Shown piece after piece: positions 13,801 to 27,660 of a DNA stretch of 64,000 bases. This DNA is from Rhina ancylostomus. Taxonomy: Eukaryota. Below the pieces are notes generated by a model. The model searched no databases, was not told the origin of the DNA, and was given only the letters and a program-made list of their open reading frames with translations. Position 1 is the first letter of the stretch; each line of letters begins with the position of its first letter. The position numbers and the translations under genes were made by a program. Location of the stretch: the NCBI GenBank assembly GCA_030265395.1, contig JARFYF010000053.1, positions 36,303,724-36,367,723 of the forward strand, written 5' to 3'.

Positions 13801-16800
13801 ATGTAGTTAATATTTGGAGTTCTCTATCCTACAGAGCTGTGACGTCTCAACGGAGGAGTATATTCCAGACCGAGATCGACAGATTTTTAGATAGTAAGGG
13901 AAGAGCAGCATATAAGTTTAGTGCATGGAAGTGATACTTAGGTAAAAGGTCAGCCACAATCATGTTGGAGGTCAGAGTAGGACAGGTCCAATGGCCGAAC
14001 TGCTTCTGTTTCTTNNNNNNNNNNNNNNNNNNNNNNNNNNNNNNNNNNNNNNNNNNNNNNNNNNNNNNNNNNNNNNNNNNNNNNNNNNNNNNNNNNNNNN
14101 NNNNNNNNNNNNNNGCTTCTGTTTCTTATTTCTTATTTTCATACCTGAATTTCAACCGACATATCAAATGCCACAGCGGCAGACCACTAACATACTGAGT
14201 TCTCGATATTGCGCCAGGTTCTGGATGGAGAAAATTTCATAAATTTTAAAGAGCTAGCAACTCCACATTAAATGGTAAGTGCAATGCGTTGGTGTGACTT
14301 ATTTTTCTGTATTTTACTTTACTACTTTTTAAGGAATTTGTATGAAACAAGATGCACTTAACTTCCTTAACCCCCTTTTAAAAGAATTGGTACGACAAAT
14401 GTATTTACACACAACTGAACAATCATTAAAGGGGTTTGGATATCAGGGCATTTAAGGGCATCTGTTAAAAGGACTTCAGGATAGTCCAGGGCCAGGGACT
14501 GAAGACCTGCCGCCTGACACGTAATCTCCAGTCACAGCCTTCTCCACTCCGAGTGACGACCGCCGATTATGGAGGTCAGGGCACTTGTATCTTTATCAGG
14601 TTAATTTAGTAGGTGGACATCTGCAATTGACGCAATTAGACGTCAGGCATGAAACAGTCTGTTGTCTAGCATTTACTTTCACAGAAAGGGCTAACACAGA
14701 ACAACTCAGGAACGGAGACAATAGCCCATTAGAGTGCAGTGGATCTCCGTCTCTTGTGCCGGCACAAGATCTTGTTAGTAGTGATCCCATTTCTTTACAT
14801 TGGAACCAAATAAAAGAGGGTTTCAAGACGAATCTGATTGAATGAGTGGGTAAAATATCGTAACGAGGATCAACATAAACAGAAAATGCTGTAAAGCTGT
14901 AATGGCAGACAGCATCTGCAGAGAGAGGAAAGATTTTATTGATATGAAACATTAGTTGGGTTCCCATTTGGGTCCCCTCCGCTGAGAGTTCCCAGTAATT
15001 TTGCTTCCGATTTCTGGCATTTGCTGGAAAATTAATGATTTTCATCATGTGGATTAATGTGATCTAATGCACGTTAATTGTGAAAAAAAGAGAGATGGCA
15101 CGTTATTAAAACTGGGCTGATGTAAAATGTGTTCTTATACACTACTTGTTGAAGGTTAACATACACATGAACAAGCACTTGAAAAGGCATGTGATTTTGA
15201 GCAAATCTGTGTGCACGCTTGTGTGTCTGAGGTTTGTCTAGGTATGTGTGTACTTGTGCGGCTCTGATTTTTTTTGTACGTGTAACTATGTGTATCTATA
15301 TGTATGTATCCAGGTCTTGTGCATCTGCATGTGATTGTGTAGAAATCTTTGCATACATGCGTTTACGTGTATGTAATTTTTTTGTGTCTTTTTGTATGTG
15401 CATGCATATCCATGTCTTTGTATACATCTACGTCTGTGCGTGTGCATGAATTTGTCCTCCAGGGCATTGTTATCCGGAAGTGTGGGATCCTCCGACCCCC
15501 TCATCTCTCCGCCCCACTGCCGAAGTCTTGTTACAAACAATGCAGAGCTTTGTTGTGAGTTACTCCACACCGACGGCTGCCACATTGGATTAGATGTTGG
15601 TCAGTTCCTTTACTTCCAGAAGTCACAATTATTCAGAGAAAGATGAGGGGAACGGCCACTGAAATGCGCAATTAGTTCCTCAAGGCCAATCCCATTCTCA
15701 CGTCAGTTCAATTGAGAAGTTAAATCCGAACATAATTGTGGTTTTATAAAAGCGAGAATTCTGGATTTTTGGATGTGAAAAAGTCCAGCGGGTTGGGCGG
15801 CATCTGTAGAGAGAGAAGCGGAGTTCGTGTTTCATGTCAATTACTTCTCATTGGAACTGGGAAATGTAGAAGCAAACAGTTGTCCGCTACTGCTATTTGG
15901 AGAAAATGGTTATGTTCTCCCATTATTTCTTTACTCGTTTCATTCTCAGTTTTTCTCAAGAAGGCCAATCACCTCTTCACCATTTAATATTTCCCGGTCT
16001 CCACTCCACGACAGCGCTCAACCTCTTCGCACTTCCCCAGGCTCCAGACATGAATCAATAAATTCCTTTCTGTTTTGATGGGGACGGGGGTGGAACTGGA
16101 GCGTTGGCTCTGTTTCTTTCTCTGCAGATGCTGCCCGACCTGCTGCATGTTTCCAGAAACTGTAGTAATTCGCTTTCTGTTTTAATTTTCGAACCACATC
16201 TCAGGTCATCCATGGTAGATTACAGTGCTGAGGGATTTTACGGGACGAATTGTGACCACTAAACTTAACATATTGCGTCCCGGTGTCAGTGGAGGGGAAG
16301 GGTGGTCTTGCAATACCTGTCACTTATCTGATATGTCTGGATGCGCAGTGTGAGAAGACATGGTCTGGTTTATGTTTCGAAGTAATTAACTAGGATTCTA
16401 TAACCTGTTCAGAAAATCAGTCAAGCATGAAATTCAGTGGAATCTCATGATAACTAACTTTATTCTGGGGAGGTTATTACATTGTTGTTACCACTCTAGT
16501 CACCAACCGAATATTGTGGGTTCAAATCTCACATTAGAGCAAAAGAACTCTCAAACCATATTGCAGGACAGTTTCAAAGGAGCGGCTCACTGTGGAAGAT
16601 GTGGTGATGAGTGAGTGTTGCACTTTCAGATGAGAGGAAAAGCTATCTGTACTTTCAGATGGTCACAAAAACATCTGAATGTATTTCAAGATGTTCTGTT
16701 CGATATTTATCCCTGAACCAATTTCGGCAAAACCCAGATTTTTCTTTTAGCTATTCCTTGTTCATGATCTGACCGTTGCTGGAATCTTATTTCTAATTTC

Positions 16801-19800
16801 CCCTGAAAGTGGTTCTTGAGGTGCTGTCACAATGCTGTTGGGGAAGGGAGTTCCAGGATTCAGATGAAGGGACAATGATTTATTTCTTTGTCTAGATGGT
16901 GTGCAACTTGAAGGGTAACCCACAGATGATGGTGTTCCATGCACCTTCTATCCTTGTCCTCCTTGGTGTAGAGGACTTGGGCTTAGAGGGGTAGCCTTGG
17001 TAAGTTAAAACATTACACATTGTTGTTAGTCGGAGTTTTCTCTGTATCAGATGACTTTTGTTGTCCCCATATTTTACTGGTAGTTTATGATGCCAGGGGA
17101 TAGGAAAATCATTAAGAATTGAAAGTCTATCCTTCACTTAACAATGCATTGTAAGGAAATCGATCTGTTTCTTAACAATACAACCGCATAGGATTTTGGA
17201 CGCTGGACAATTGTGGAATCTAGGAATTGGATAGGAGAGAGAATGAGGTCAAGAATCAGTTGTCGTCTTAGTGAGTGACAGTGCAAGCTCAAGGGGCCGA
17301 TTGACCAACTCCTGGTCATTTTCCTTACACTCTTGTATCGCACAACAGACCTTAATGTCTCTTCCACAGGAATGAGTGGAGGAGAAATGTAGGAACAGCT
17401 GTCTTCGGTGTGAAGGGTCATATCCTGAGATATACTACCTGAAGGGTCACCGGAAGCAGATTCATCGGGAACTTCTAAAGGAAGCTGGGTAAAGAGCTGC
17501 AGGACAAAAGGACCACAGAGTTGTGGGGTGTGAGCTTAATTGGTGATCTATTTCAAAGTGTTCGGTCAGGCTCCATGGATGAATATGTGCAATAAGCTAC
17601 AGGTCGTACAGAAAAGTTTCACAACGATGTTTCTGGGGCAGAAGAGCTTGAGTTATAAAGAGTGACAGGATAGGCTAGGACTGTTTTTCTTGGATTTAAC
17701 GACTCTGAATGGTGACCTTATGGAGGTTCATAAAATTATGAGGGACATAGATAAGATGGATTGCCACTGTCCTTTTCGCTGTGTAGGCGAGTCTAAAACT
17801 CGATATCATGGATTTACAGTGAGAGTGGAAAGAACTGCAGGGGACGTGGGGGAAAGGTTTTCACACAGAGAGTGGTGGGTTTATGAAACAAGCTGCCAGA
17901 GGAGATAATAGACGCAGGCACAATTAGAAGGTTTAGCATATATTTGGACAGGTATATGGAAAAGAAAGGTCGAGAGGGATATGGGCCAAACACAGGGATT
18001 GGAACGAACTCATTTGGGCTCCTTAGTTGGCATGGACATTGGGCCAAAGGGCTTGTCTCTGTGATGTGTAACTCTACGAATCTAAACAAGAGGATCTGAG
18101 TCCATGAGCAAGCATGATTGGCGCAGAGCCGTGGCGGGACGACCCCTGGAGTATTTTGCAGAGTTTCGTTCTCCTTAGCTTGGAAGGAATATTCTTGCTA
18201 TAGATATGGCCGAGTTCACCACACTAATTTCCTGAGATGGCGGGACCGTCCTTTGAGTAGAGACGAGGTCGACTATGCTTGTATTCATTGCAGTAAAGAA
18301 GAATACGAGCGGGTGTAATAGAAGCGTACAGCATTCCCACTTGGGTGGACAGACAGAACATGGGGAATATACTTCCCTGGCTATGAAGTGAAGAACGAGG
18401 GGTCATAATTTTACGTTACAGACTGAAATTAGAGCTTTTTGTTTTTCAGCAGAAGCCAATGAAACTATAGAATTTGCTATTGAGAAGGTTGCAAATGCGA
18501 AATTGCTGTTTTTACTTAAGTAAACGAAATGCACATTTCTGGCAGTAACAGGTTTCAAGGAATTTGGGAACAACGCAGGAGTTGGATATTGAGATCGATG
18601 ATCTGCCATGATCGCACTGATAGCCCGTGCAGGCACGAAGATTCATCTTGTCCACTTCTGCGCTTAGCTCCTATTTTTCCCTTACCCTATTCAAATCAAC
18701 CCGACACAGTAAACGTGCCAGCTATCTCTGGCATAAACGCGAGGCTTCAGAGAATATATTTGTCCAATGCTTTTGCTCAGTAGTTTACGGAACTTTTCTG
18801 GGCACAATGTAGATAAACAACCCAAGCAATAGAAGCAAGAGATCATTTGCACTCGTATCTGAACACCTGCACTCCCTCTCCACTGCTGAAATACGTTGCG
18901 GTGTGCAAGGGTAAACCCAGGAACTGCTTATTCACCCGAGGTTCCCCACAGAGCTGCCAGATTACCACCTGCACGTTATGGCTCAGAATCCTCCTCTCCT
19001 CTTGTTATGGACGAATCGATGAATACGCCCCATCAGGCTGACCCGAGATGCAACATAAACATAAAGAAAATCAGCGCTGCTGTCCTCTGGATCCCATATA
19101 TGTTTCTGCTCTTGATTTTCAAGGAATATTTTCCGATTTACAGTTCACGTTTTGCGCGAGTACACAGCACCACATGTGGAAATTAAAGCAGCTAATTTCT
19201 ATGTGTTATCTATTGGTACGTCAATGACGCCACGCATATTGATGCATTCAATATTTGTCCAATTCCCTTTCAAGCTGATGAATACTAGCAGCTTGCTGTG
19301 CATTAACCAGACCTGGAAGGAAATGCAAGCGCATTCCGCAAATTATAGTCGTCAGTTAATACTTCCATCTGACGGGAAAGGTGATTGTGTCAAGGAAAAT
19401 AATACATATATAGCAGCACCAGAATGCAAAGATTCCAACCATGGGAAATTTGAAAACGCTGGCGAAACCTTTCTCTTGAATTATTTGGAAGAGTGGTTTT
19501 TAGCATTTTATAATCTGTTAGGTAGGGGAATTTCAGCTCGGCGCCGGAAGTAAAGAAAGGACCACAATCAGCAGTGAGGAAGTTGGACTCAACACTGAGA
19601 GACACAATCTGCAGTCGGTGCAGATCTCGTTACTGAAAGTACTGGTTTAATTCATAATTCTAGAGTTTTAAAATTGTAACCGTAACATCACCTCCATCTT
19701 TTTCACGTAATTCTTCATCTGCAACATCGCAAAAAATCAATGCAAACTTCAAACAGAGGCAGTGGAGAACAAAGTTCGATAAATTAATTCTTCAACATTT

Positions 19801-22800
19801 TACTGCAGTAATTGTTTGCAAATAGACACTGGATAGCTTATTATCTGGAGGATAAATTTCATTTCAGATTTTTATCCTGGGATTCTAATAACTTACCCAT
19901 TAGGAATGTATTACATTGCTAACGTTCCATGACAACATAATATGTTTTGAAAAAGAAACTTGAAGGGGAACGTATGGTAGAGATATCAGTGACCACGACG
20001 CAATCATCCTACCGTTCCCCGTTCTTTTGAAACACCGTCCTGTTTTCCTTGTCGCTCATTGAAAATTCTCACCTTTGCGTGGACTGGTGACGTTCGCGGT
20101 ATTAAGCATGGGTTGCTGAAGCACAGTGTCATCGTGTCACACAGCACAGAAACAAATCCTCGGTTGAGGATGCCCATGCTGACCATCTAGTATCAATCCT
20201 CTCGAATCCTATTAACCTGCACTTTGTTGCCTTGTCGTTTGTCAAATGTTTGCCTAGATATTTAAAATATGAGAATCTCTGCCCCCGCCACCCTCCCAGA
20301 CAGTGCGTTTCAGCTTCGGATCACGCTCTGGCGAAAGGCGTCTTTTTCAGCCCCTGTCTAAACTCTATCTTTACCTCTTGCACTAAACCGATGCCCTGCA
20401 GTTTTATATACCTCTGCTGTGGGGAAAAGTTTCCTTCCAGCTACCCTATCTACGTCCCTCATACTTTTGTATAGGGGCCGGGTTTGCATGTCTTTCTATG
20501 CGTTAGAAGTAGGCTGTGAGAGCCCAAAGTGATGAGCCATTTCTTCTCTGTCTCTTGGCTCATTACGTCCGCAATTGAACTTACACATTTTGAACAGGTC
20601 TTTCAATATTAACACTAGAGAAGTATACGAAATCCAACTTACGTTGTAAATATATTTCTCGAGGACTGCACATAAGATCTTTATTACTTTCGCCAAAAAC
20701 AGAACACCGTGGGGCACGTATGGCGCACAACCAAAGTGATGCCAATATCTACTCTCAGCTACATGAACTGACTTACTTTTAGTTTATTATTTTCCAAAAG
20801 GACAGCATTTAAGAGAAGAACCTTGGATAGTAACTGGAAGATACAAATGCTGAAAAATTGGTCGACATGTGAGAAAAGTTTTTCATAATTTCCAAATCTA
20901 TGTTCTTCTTAATTTCAAGCAGAAATGTATTCCTTGAAGTTTTATATACGTCTGCTGTGGCCAAAAGTTTCCTCAAATGTATGTAAATATATGGTCTCCT
21001 CAATTTCAATTCGGAAGGAAACATTTGCATTGGAAGTTCTTCACAGCAGGTTCCAACGAATGAAAGCGATAGTTTGAAAGATCAATTTGAGAGAAAATAA
21101 CTTATGCAGGGAATTATCAAAGCAATCTGATCGAGGTATTAAAAGATGCAGAAAAACTTCACTGATAAGAAACTATTTGTCCTGAATTTAAGGGAAACAG
21201 GTCCCTGCCTTTACATTATTCTTAGTTACAAATGTGAAATTATGATTGTCCAGATGGTGAAATCTAAATCCGCTATTGCCATATAGATTTCGAGTATGGT
21301 CGTATAGAGGTCAGTTTGTTCATTTGCCATTTGCAGACCACGTTAACAACTCCACATTTATTGCCTGCAGCTAATAAGAATGGTAAAGTTAGACTATCAG
21401 CAGAACAGGTACGGCACTAAAGTTTCCGTGATTACATTAATTTGTAACGTAAATCCATTATCAGCAAATGGTACTTTGAACCCAAGGAAATTTCCCCCAA
21501 AAAATAAAGCCGCCTGCTTTAATAACAGCCTACTCACCGTCAATTCTGCACTTGGAAAAGTCTAAACCAGATTAGAAGTAGTAATAATAACAGAGCTGAA
21601 GCAAAATCATGTCAAATCATTGATTTATAGAAAAAATACTAATAATTGCAAGGATAGCCAGAGCGCAATTGTATTAATGCCTAAAATATTTAATTAACTC
21701 AACCCTTAATAAAAATTATAATACAAGCAGTATGTAAAAGAGAATGTAGCCACAAAGTGCAGTACCAGAAATAAGTATTATGTGAAAACAATTGTAAAAA
21801 CAGATATTGAGCATCGGTTTTATTACGTTTCAAATGTTCAAATCTTCCAGCTAAATTCAATATCCATTTTTAACATTCATCGTTCATCTCATACGTTCTC
21901 TTTGCATTCTTTTAAGGGATGTGGGCTTCTCAGGCGGGGCCAGTATTTAATTGCTCAGTCCTTGATAAGGTGGTAGTGAGCTGCCTTTTTGAAGTGTGTG
22001 TACATACACATCGCTGTGAGGGAGGGAGATCCATATTATTAACCCAGTGACGATGAAGGAATGGCCATTTATTTACAAGTTAAAATGGTGTGTGGCTTGG
22101 AGGGCAACTTACAGGTGGTGGCGTTCCCGTGCTTTTGCGCTCCTTGTCCTTCTAGGTGGTAGAGGTCGTGAGTTTGGAGGGTGCTGTCTATGGAGTCTTG
22201 GTGAGTTGCTGCAGTTTCACCCTGTAGATGTTAGAAACTGCTGCTATTATTCGTCGGTGGTGGTGAGTGAGTAGTTTGGGATGGCAGGCCTGTCAGCGGG
22301 ATGCTATGTGTTCTATAGTGTCGAGCTCAGCCAGCGTTGTTGAAGCTGCACCTATCCAGGCAAGTGGAGAATATTCCATCACATCCCTGACTGGAGCCTT
22401 GGTGGTGGTGGACAGACTTTGTGCGGGGAGCGGGGTGGGGGGGGGGGGTGAGTTAGGATCCGTATTACTTGCCACAGGATTCCAAACCACCGACTTGCTT
22501 TTGTAGCGCGTTATGTTTCCGTTTCTGGTCAATGTTAACCCATCACAATATTGATAATGGGAGTTTCATCGATGGGAACACAATTGAATGTCAAGTTGAT
22601 TTTCTCTTGTTGCATATCATATCAGCTTGGCACTTGTGTGTTGCGAATTCTACTTGCTGACCCTCAACCCAAGCCTGCATATTATCCAGTTCTTGCTTAA
22701 TTTGGATGCGATCTGCACCATTATCTCAGGAGTCATGCAACAGTCCTAGCGAGCATTCCTGCTTCTGACATCATCATTGAAATAAGGTAATTGAAGAAGC

Positions 22801-25800
22801 ATCTGATAATGGTTGGTTCTAGGACACTATCCCGAGGAGCTCTTGCAGCGATATCCCATGGTTGAGGTGATTAAACTCCATCCACCTTCAGGCATATTTC
22901 TTTGTGACAGGATCAATAAGCCTTCAGATAATATTGGTTTTGATGTGACTGGACAACATTGCAATTTCCCAGATGTTTTGCCCTATGTTACCCGAAAGTT
23001 ACACAGATTCATGAATATTGTCTTGAAGTTAGCCGAGCGAAAATTTTTGGATAGGCATGTATCATGAATTAGATACAGTCTCGCTAGATATACAGCAGCA
23101 GATGCTGTTAAATTGAACCTCTTACCCATAATCAGATTGTGTTGTGCTTCGCCTCATGGTATTGCAACAATGTTTTGCTTTATTTAGCACAAGATCTTTC
23201 TGTTTTAATTTTTTTTCTTCGGACATCAGCGTACACTTCCTTTTGTGGGATTGCATTCTTCGACACAAAACTGACCCGTAATATCCGATACCATTTACCA
23301 CGGTTCCTTTTGATGTCGGCCAAGGACCAGATCAGAGAATTATCGAATAGGCACAACACAGAAGGAGTTCGTTTGTTCATTGCGTCCGCACACGCTCTCC
23401 ATCAAAATAGGTCTCTCGTTTCACACCTCAGCTCTTCGATGTAGCCTTGTACATTTTCTCTACCTCGCCCCCCCCCGTATTAATAGAATTTTCCCTTGAA
23501 GTCAAAGGTGGCAGCGATGGAAAAGTTGAGCTGGATTACTTTAATTTATTAATTTTCTTCCTGCCGACTATTAATCCTGTCACGGATCAATGCTTCCATA
23601 GGCTCTCCTACCAATGAGGTTAAATTGACTGAACTGCAGATGCCAGGCTCATCACTACTCCTTTTTTTAAACAAGGGATTCAAATGTGCTTGCCCTCTAT
23701 ACTAGTCAAGTTCAGATAATTTTCTTCTTTATTTCTGCACTGGAGATGTTTTTATAGAGATGTCATTTTGTTCCGAACAGGTATCTTCTTTTGCTCTATA
23801 AGCATTTGAAAAAAAATAATTTTTGTTTGCATTCATAGTAATTTCGAGTTCGTTACCTTTCTCTTTCGAATGTAAAGTTTCCTCTGTGGGAAGCACATAA
23901 AATAATCAGGAAAACTGTCGATTAAAAAAAAACGGACTTCCAGCGTTGTGTTCACATTGTGAATTACATCACAGCAACCAAGGGAATAGACACAAATTTC
24001 TGCCTAATTGTAAGTGACAACATGCGCACGCAGTATGTGAATTAGGAAAGGAGTGTGATTAATAAAGGGGCAGAAATCCCCTCTCTCCCTGTTTGCACTC
24101 GACTGAAACATTCTGAAGTAATATTTCACGTAAACTCAGATTCAAATATTTATTGAAGTAGAATTAACATTAAAAAGTCTTAAAGAAAATGCTTTCTGAC
24201 TGCATCGCCATGCATTAGCTATCGTGATGTTCAACTGAATCAATGGACGAAAGAAAGAAGCTAAGAACGAAAGACAAGGGAAGAAAGGAAAAGAAAGGAA
24301 AAAGGAAGGAAAGAAAGGAAGTAAGCAATGAAAGAAAGGAAGGAATGAACAAGAAAGAATCACAAACTAAATTAAACAAGACCTTTTCACATATTCTTGC
24401 TCCCAAATACACACATACGTCTATCCCAGAAGTGATATCTTTTCTCATGAATTCGTGTTTTCCTCTGCCTTTCCAGTCATCTCGCCATGTTCTGCTCTGT
24501 TACTTTATCTACATTCTGAACTGGTTGTATCTCAGATTCTTCTTTTATTTAGCCAGTATTTCCTTCGCAATTTCATTTTCCGTACCAGATTTTATTGTTT
24601 GCCCCATTAAACATAAAATATTTTTTTTTCCACGGATCCTAATGATTTGTCAAATTGTCATCTTGGCTTCCGCCTTTCAGTGTTATTCTGTACCTTCGAT
24701 AATCACCCAGATAAATAAAGAAACGTATCATTTTCTCACCCAACTCTTTCAAATTTTTTGAAAGATCTTCCTTTTCTGAAATTCAATCAAACGTTATTGA
24801 GAAGAGAAAAGATCTGTCATCAGTTGCTAACATCATTTAATGCACATATGGTGGTATAGAAAAAATATACATTGCAGTGTTGTAGCTAAAAAGAAGCTAA
24901 GAACATGGAAATCGCATGATAACTTTCCATATTTAGCGCGGAACCTGGTAATATCACCAACCAGTGCATCTGGGCATTTATGCCCTATTGTGCATATCCT
25001 TTCATCACCTCAGTCTATCAGCATAACCCTGTATTCTCTCTTCACTCGCATGTGATTTGCAGTCGGCTGTGGTTGTTTTCCCGTGCCAGGGATTCCTATT
25101 TAATTCTCGCTCTTTGGGTTAATATGTTTCCTTGAATGCTCTAGTAGATTTGCTAATTCTATTTGATTTTTTCCACAAAGTGGAGAAGTCGTCTCTAATT
25201 CTACGCTCAAAACCTTCAGTCATTCAAAATAAACTTTAGTTTTCCCTCATCTTTCTTTCCTAAAGAGAAAAAAAAGACACACTGTACCCGTTCTCGATTT
25301 TTATACTTGCAAATTTCTGGTGTTCACTTTCTAAAGAATGTAGTTCAACTGCCATACTAGCAGGGCAATCATGCAACTGTGAGGACAATAATAACTATAA
25401 AGAACCATTCTTATTTTCCATGCAGAACAGCAACCCGAAGGAAAGATTAGTAGGGGTCGTTAAAGCGTTGGTGATGTACAAGAAGCAAAACATGTTCCTA
25501 ACAGCGGAAAATCATCATACGATCCAGAAAGGTGTCTCCACTAATCCAGAAGTATATTGAGGAAGATTATTTATCCTGAAGGTATTTGAAATTGCTTCTA
25601 CATGAGACAGTTGAACAGAAGAGTATAGACAGCTTGAAAGCCTAACTTGAAAACTAGTGGCAGTTGCAGATAGTTGAGATTGAATGGTGGATTGCATTCG
25701 AGAACTCGCAGCCATAAATTGGATCAACTAGCATATTTTAGTTTCCTGCATTTAATATAATTATATATAAACAGCACAACCAGAAAATGGAAAACACTCG

Positions 25801-27433
25801 ATCTATCATCCAACATGAATGTGACCCCGGCTTTACATTTTCATGGGATGAACTGAACAGAATACCGGAAGAACAGCGCCTCTTCTTAAAACACCAGAGT
25901 TCTCCGAGAGCACCAATCATGGAATACTGCCATTGATGACTTTATTTTCATCTTGAAACTTAATTTGTTCTATTTAATTTTAATGTTCATTCTCTTAAAC
26001 TTGTAATTGTCAGTTATAGTGATATGAGTGGCAAATAAATCTCCTACGTTATTAACCAGCTGTAACGATTGTTTGATGTCACCCAAAGCAAATATGCTTA
26101 GGACGCACAGCCTGCTGACAATAGAGCGTTTCTTGAGTGTAGAATTCGCAGTGAGTGGACTGTTTCCAGGATTGTCATAGTTGGCGTGGTACAAGTAGAG
26201 AATACGTCCATTAGTAAGTGAATAATTAGAATCTGTTGAAACAATAAGACTGATATCTTGCAAATGAAATATTTTGTCCCAGCTACAATGGCCTGTTTTT
26301 TTTTAGCGCATCATCCATTGAGTGACATGACTATGAAACCTGGACCTGGTTGGTCCAGACTTCGCTGTGCTGAGAACAACGCTGACAGGATGAAATATAT
26401 TGCTTGACTTAAATGCTTTAGTAAACTCAAATAAGGGTAGTTGAGAGATTGCCGCTTTGGGTTTGAGTGCTGCATGAAACCGTGGGGATCCGCGGCGACC
26501 AAATCTGCAGTAAATATCCACAGTTTGAGAAACTTAGACTAGAAGTGGATGAGCTGGAATCTAAGATTCGGAAACTGCAAAGAGCCAAGGAAGGGGAATA
26601 GTTACCCGGAAGCTTCGTTCCAGGACGCAGTCAAATATCGCTGTCAATTTCGTCAGACAAAAGGGACAGGATGGTGTGACTTCGAGTGAGGCAGATGTTG
26701 CCCTTCAGACATAGAACTGGAGGAAGTAGACCTTGTAGACACACAATGGGTACACCATTACCGCAATAGATTTCATTACACCCGTGTGTATTTGAAATAA
26801 AATAATCTGACGTTGAACCTAAATCAACCTACGGTCTCCGAGTGAATCGGCTGGTATTCATCTATTGATATCTGATTTTGTAGTACTTACTCACTGATTT
26901 CTCGCCTATGTCCCCGATTGAATGCACAGACTGCTTATTTAGTTCCCAAAGGGGTCGACGTTTTCCCTTGTTACTCTATTGCCCTTAATATACTTGTAAG
27001 ATATTTTGCGTTTTCCTTAAAGTTGCCCGCTAGTGTTATTCCCCGACCAAGTTCATTCTGCTAATCACATTATAAAGTACAATCTTACTCATGATATACT
27101 GCTGTGGGGAATCTCCTCTTTCCAGTTCTTTAAACCTTCCACAAGCTACCTTTTTTAACTAACTCTCGATAATCTCTAGGATAGGGCTCTTTCGACCAGT
27201 TGGCCCTATCTTTCACCATTGAATGCTGATCCTAAGCTGTCACTCCTTCATTGTAGAATAATACCTCGGTCGCTTGTAGCCTTACAAACATTAGCTCTAT
27301 GTCCACATTTTCCAGATGGCGTATTTTTAACTTTCTGAATTCGAATTTCTGATAGACTGCACTTGAATCGGGCTGGCTCCAGAGTGATAATGAGTAAAAT
27401 AAATGGGGGTGTGGAGAACACTTCGAATTGAAT

Positions 27434-27488
<55 letters not shown>

Positions 27489-27588
27489 NNNNNNNNNNNN
27501 NNNNNNNNNNNNNNNNNNNNNNNNNNNNNNNNNNNNNNNNNNNNNNNNNNNNNNNNNNNNNNNNNNNNNNNNNNNNNNNNNNNNNNNN

Positions 27589-27660
<72 letters not shown>

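Noticed and set aside
21827-21850. 24-nt segment AGRFEHLK in the intron lacking the expected 36-nt exon
   Set aside because: Weak splice sites and no similarity to either exon class; not excluded entirely.
24243-24761. 172-aa ORF, and similar long ORFs at 55028-55540, 45286-45750 and 14596-15048
   Set aside because: Low-complexity or chance ORFs with no recognisable domain; the THTH/CVCV ORFs near 27400 and 32900 are microsatellite and N-gap artefacts.
26895-26930. 36-nt segment with a gtgagt donor (VCAFNRGHRREI)
   Set aside because: No pyrimidine tract, borders LINE-like debris, and the peptide does not fit the pattern.
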